Below are positions 60,244 through 64,000 of a stretch of 64,000 nt of DNA, one piece after another (the first letter of the stretch is position 1; the number at the start of each line of letters is the position of its first letter). The position numbers were made by a program, and so were the translations under genes. Source of the stretch: Candidatus Heimdallarchaeota archaeon (GTDB taxonomy: Archaea; Asgardarchaeota; Heimdallarchaeia; Heimdallarchaeales; Heimdallarchaeaceae); assembly GCA_019057815.1 (NCBI GenBank), contig JAHLWR010000008.1:94540-158539 (forward strand). The letters are read 5' to 3'. The notes beneath the pieces were generated by a model, which saw only the letters and a program-made list of their open reading frames with translations, was not told the origin of the DNA and ran no database searches.

Positions 60244-61026
60244 GTGGTTATGATGGCAAGTATAAAAGACACACAAACACAACTTGAAGTTGCAAGCGAA
60301 GTTATTTCAGAATCAGATGAACTAATTATTGAAATCAAAGATCTTTGGAGAAAATTCTTTGAAAATACTCCTGCAGAAGTTCAGGCACTACGTGGAGTTA
60401 ATTTCAGAGTTGAAAGAGGTGAATTTATTACAATAATGGGACCAAGTGGTAGTGGTAAAAGCACTTTATTAACAATACTTGGGTGTATGGCTCCAGTAAC
60501 AAGTGGTCAAGTTTTTATTGATGGTACTGAAATAACTAAAATGAATCAACGTAAATTGAGTAATATCAGAAAAGAGAAAATAGGATTCGTTTTTCAGGAT
60601 ATATTCCTGATTGACACTATTTCTGCACTTGAGAACGTTCTCTTACCCCTTTTACCTTATGGGATAAAGAAAGAAGACGAACAACGAGCAAAAGAACTTA
60701 TGAGAATTGCAGGTCTTGAGGATCGTATGAAACACAAACCCACAGAATTGTCAGGAGGTCAAAAACAACGTGTAGCAATATGTCGAGCTTTGATCAATGA
60801 TCCTCCAATAGTTTTGGCAGATGAACCGACAGGCAATTTAGATTCTCAAACAGGTGGAGAAATTCTAGAACTTCTTAGAAAGATTAATTATGAGAAAAAC
60901 GTCACAATTATAGCTGTTTCTCACGATCCTAAACTTGCTGAATTTTCTTCCAGAGATGTTATGATCACTGATGGAGAGATAACAAGGGATAGGATTAATC
61001 CTTTCAGAAATCACAATGTGAGTTAA
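60244..61026 (+). CDS. LolD/MacB-type ABC ATPase
   Basis: GPSGSGKST, LSGGQKQRVAI, ADEPTGNLD. Confidence 0.93.
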   Translation: MVMMASIKDTQTQLEVASEVISESDELIIEIKDLWRKFFENTPAEVQALRGVNFRVERGEFITIMGPSGSGKSTLLTILGCMAPVTSGQVFIDGTEITKMNQRKLSNIRKEKIGFVFQDIFLIDTISALENVLLPLLPYGIKKEDEQRAKELMRIAGLEDRMKHKPTELSGGQKQRVAICRALINDPPIVLADEPTGNLDSQTGGEILELLRKINYEKNVTIIAVSHDPKLAEFSSRDVMITDGEITRDRINPFRNHNVS

Positions 61027-61033
61027 AAGTAAA

Positions 61034-61999
61034 ATGGAGACAGATACACAAACTTCTATCAGAAAATATGAAGAACGATTTATCAGAAAATTAGGAGAGA
61101 TAGCTATTTTAATTCATCTAGCTAAATCTCCCGAAGGATCCCATGCTTATGAGTTGAGATTTAAAGCTTCTGAAATAATCTTTGAAAGAAGAAAAGTAGG
61201 TGCTGAATTCCTTCAACAGATCCTTGATATTCTTTTAGAACTCAAGAAAATTCATTCAAAAAAGAATACTGAGATTCCTGTTGACATAAACAAGAATAAA
61301 GAAATTATTGGGATTTTAGACCAATTTCCTTTGCTCAAATATAATATTAGGATTCAGAAATTTATCTCGGGAAAAAACCAGATAACACCTGCTGATATCG
61401 ATTACCTTAATGAGATGATTGAAGTTTTGAAAGATATGATGAAACAAGTACAAGACTCAACAGAGATTTGGAGTAACAGTACTAGCATCTATCCAGCAAT
61501 AGAATCCTTAGAGAAAAATGGATTAATTGAACTGGATAGAGAAGATCCCGAAGGTGGTCGTTTAAAGAAAATCTACAAAATAACAAAACTGGGTAAAGAA
61601 TCACTGGAGAAAGTAATGTTCTTATTGATAGATATTTTGTCTTTTGTGATTGAGACAGAAGGAAGAAATTTTCTTTTTGGAGGAAAAAGTATCTTTTCGT
61701 CTAAAATCGTTCCATTTAGGAAGTTGTTTGAAAAACTAATGGCAGATTTAAGTCCAGATATCAGGAAGGAACTGCTTTCTCTCAAAGGTAAAAGACAAAA
61801 TAGCTCTTTTATTAATATGATATTTGCACAAGCAGTTGCTACACCTATGTTGAATACGTTTATACGCGATCCTGAAATAATAAAGGAACAACTCGAAACC
61901 ATTGAAACAGAGGACGAGAAAAATATGGTACGATCATTTATTAAAATCAAGCTTATCGAACAGAGAGATATGATTGATAATATGTTGAAAAAACTATAG
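61034..61999 (+). CDS. PadR-family regulator with large helical insertion
   Basis: ILIHL..SHAYEL ... SIYPAIESLEKNGLI..GRLKKIYKITKLG. Confidence 0.75.
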   Translation: METDTQTSIRKYEERFIRKLGEIAILIHLAKSPEGSHAYELRFKASEIIFERRKVGAEFLQQILDILLELKKIHSKKNTEIPVDINKNKEIIGILDQFPLLKYNIRIQKFISGKNQITPADIDYLNEMIEVLKDMMKQVQDSTEIWSNSTSIYPAIESLEKNGLIELDREDPEGGRLKKIYKITKLGKESLEKVMFLLIDILSFVIETEGRNFLFGGKSIFSSKIVPFRKLFEKLMADLSPDIRKELLSLKGKRQNSSFINMIFAQAVATPMLNTFIRDPEIIKEQLETIETEDEKNMVRSFIKIKLIEQRDMIDNMLKKL

Positions 62000-62000
62000 T

Positions 62001-62501
62001 TTATAGCTTTTCTTTTAGCATCTCACCGAATGCTTTAGCTTGCGCTAATTCCTCTTCTGTGGGGTGTCCTATAGGCTCTTTTGGCTCTCCATGTTTCAAA
62101 ACTCTTATAGCTCCTTTACAATAGAAGCGTTCTGGGAGGATAGTTATTTGATTCTTCTTGTTAACTATTCTTTCCATCTTCTCAAACATTACTTCTTTAA
62201 TTTTTTTCGGAACTTTATTTTCTGTCATTGGATGGATATCATCAGGAGCACCACTCGTGAAGAACAAGACAACTTTCTTACCATCTATTTTCTTTTTTCG
62301 TAGCTTTCTTAAATATCTAGCACCTGCAAAACTAACCATCCCCATAATCATCCACGAACCAAGAACTAACAAATCATAATTTTCTAAGTCTGGAATATTT
62401 TTATGGTTTTTGTGTTCTGCTTCCAAACCTTCAGCAATTTTCATTGCAACTTCCTTTGTATTTCCACCACGGGAATTATAGATAACTATCGCCTTCAACA
62501 T
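62001..62501 (-). CDS. flavodoxin-like protein
   Basis: YNSRGGNTKEVA, YDLLVLGS, FFTSG, GHPTEEEL..AK.F. Confidence 0.85.
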   Translation of the reverse strand: MLKAIVIYNSRGGNTKEVAMKIAEGLEAEHKNHKNIPDLENYDLLVLGSWMIMGMVSFAGARYLRKLRKKKIDGKKVVLFFTSGAPDDIHPMTENKVPKKIKEVMFEKMERIVNKKNQITILPERFYCKGAIRVLKHGEPKEPIGHPTEEELAQAKAFGEMLKEKL

Positions 62502-62643
62502 TATTGTTCTTATTTGAAAGACATTCCTGCATATTAAATATTACTATAATTATCTCGCTAGAAATGACAGAATCAAATCATGAGTTACTTTTTTCCGTAT
62601 TTGTTTGTGAGCTTTTATATACTTTAAATGGATGTTCATCCTA

Positions 62644-64000
62644 ATGGAAAATGATATCATAGTAATTGGTGCAGGTCTTGGAGGACTCGTTTCAGGAGCC
62701 AAACTTGCTAAAGAGGGAAAAAAAGTTCTTTTAATTGAGCAGCATACTATTCCTGGAGGGTGTGCAACAGTATTCAAGCGGAAGGGATACACACTTGAAG
62801 TTGGTCTACATGAAATGGATGGATTCGATAAAGATGGTTTCAAAGAAGGTATTTTTAAAGATTTAAACGTTTTTGAAAATGTTGAGTTTGTAGAAATTCC
62901 TGAATTCTATCGTTTCACGAATGAACGAGTAGATATTGTTATTCCTCATAATGTTGACCAAGCTATTGAAAGTCTTGTGAATGTTTTTCCAGATGAAGAG
63001 TCTGGAATAAGAAAATATTTCGATGTAATTATCAATCTTCCAAAAGATATGTTTAACTTTCCTAAAAAGAAATGGAAACAACTACTCATAACTCCTTTTG
63101 TACCAATTTTATACCCAAACCTTGTAAAGTACCCAAAAATGACAGTAGGTAAGTTCTTAGATACAATCATCAAAAATGACGATTTGAAACTTGTCCTTTT
63201 AGCTAATCTAGGTTATTACCATGATGATCCTTACTCTATGTCTATGATTTACTATTGCATAGCTCAAAGTAGCTACTATAAAGGTGGAGCATATTATATA
63301 AAAGGAGGTTCACAGAAACTCTCTGACTATCTTTCTCAAGTAATACGAGATAACGGTGGTGAAGTACTTCTTGGTTATCGAGTTGAGAAGATTATAGTCG
63401 AAAATAATAGAGCTATAGGGGTTGAATATAGAAAAACAAGTGGTGAAAATACTGAGATAAAGAAAAGCTTTGCTGAAAAAATTATTGCAAATGCAGCTAT
63501 TCCTAATGTTGTGAATGATTTATTATCTTCAGATGAAGCAGCTGTTTTAAAAACAAAAACAATGAATTTAGAAATCGCTTGCTCAGTCTTTTCGATATAT
63601 ATCGGTTTCAAGAAACCAATAAAAGAAATAGGGAACAAATACTATTCAACATTTATCGTAGAAAGTGAAGTGAAAAACCAAACTGATTTGGCTAATTGTA
63701 TGAAAGGGGATTTATCATCGAAAAATTTCACTTTCGTTGATTATAGTCAAATTGACTCTCAGTTAGCACCAAAAGGAAAAGGTGTAGGTTCTATATGTGC
63801 AACGGATCACACATCAGTTTGGGAAAATTTAACAAAAGAAGAATATAATAAAAAGAAAGAAGAAGTTGCACAGAGATTATTTGACAGATTAGAAAGAGTA
63901 GTTCCAGGAATCAAAAAAGAAATAGAATGTTATGAAGTAGCAACAGCAAAAACTGTTGAACGCTATACATTGAATCCACAAGGCTCAATTTATGGTTATG
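62644..64000 (+). CDS. phytoene desaturase-like FAD oxidoreductase (runs off window end; not in ORF track)
   Basis: MENDIIVIGAGLGGL..EQHTIPGGC, KGGSQ.LS, AT..T..RYTLNP.GSIYG. Confidence 0.88.
   Translation, partial: MENDIIVIGAGLGGLVSGAKLAKEGKKVLLIEQHTIPGGCATVFKRKGYTLEVGLHEMDGFDKDGFKEGIFKDLNVFENVEFVEIPEFYRFTNERVDIVIPHNVDQAIESLVNVFPDEESGIRKYFDVIINLPKDMFNFPKKKWKQLLITPFVPILYPNLVKYPKMTVGKFLDTIIKNDDLKLVLLANLGYYHDDPYSMSMIYYCIAQSSYYKGGAYYIKGGSQKLSDYLSQVIRDNGGEVLLGYRVEKIIVENNRAIGVEYRKTSGENTEIKKSFAEKIIANAAIPNVVNDLLSSDEAAVLKTKTMNLEIACSVFSIYIGFKKPIKEIGNKYYSTFIVESEVKNQTDLANCMKGDLSSKNFTFVDYSQIDSQLAPKGKGVGSICATDHTSVWENLTKEEYNKKKEEVAQRLFDRLERVVPGIKKEIECYEVATAKTVERYTLNPQGSIYGY

Noticed and set aside
1552-63638. 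Numerous short antisense/overlapping ORFs in the ORF track (e.g. 1552-1908, 11937-12323, 46749-47075, 61573-61950)
   Set aside because: Shadow frames of well-supported genes on the opposite strand, with no motifs or RBS support.

Overview
AT-rich, gene-dense archaeal chromosome segment. A tRNA-Pro(GGG) with a canonical 37/38 bulge-helix-bulge intron, Cdc6/Orc1, AMP phosphorylase, Lrp regulators and TATA boxes show it is archaeal. The TPR, winged-helix and beta-helix surface-protein types suggest an Asgard (Heimdallarchaeia-like) genome, which is an inference. Main points of interest: (1) A 364-aa tandem-GNAT protein (2575-3669) appears to align over its whole length with eukaryotic N-myristoyltransferase and lies next to a CAAX-protease-family gene. 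(2) An IS607-family element (about 51321-54049) has a tnpA with nonsense codons but an intact, unusually long (652 aa) TnpB-like ORF with His at the RuvC-III Asp position. It also has a structured 3' omega-RNA candidate whose flank-derived guide resembles the 5' end of the nearby intact dihydropyrimidinase gene. (3) A bacterial-type anaerobic purine/urate catabolism cluster (mocA-like, xdh, arcC, ygeY, ygeW, hydA) has been broken twice by insertions that left diverged partial gene copies. (4) A surface beta-helix gene has 69-nt repeats with conserved scaffold codons and hypervariable aromatic-rich positions. (5) A SufS-like protein lacks the PLP lysine, and there are unannotated small ORFs/leader peptides. 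All homology calls come from motif recognition by eye; no searches were run.
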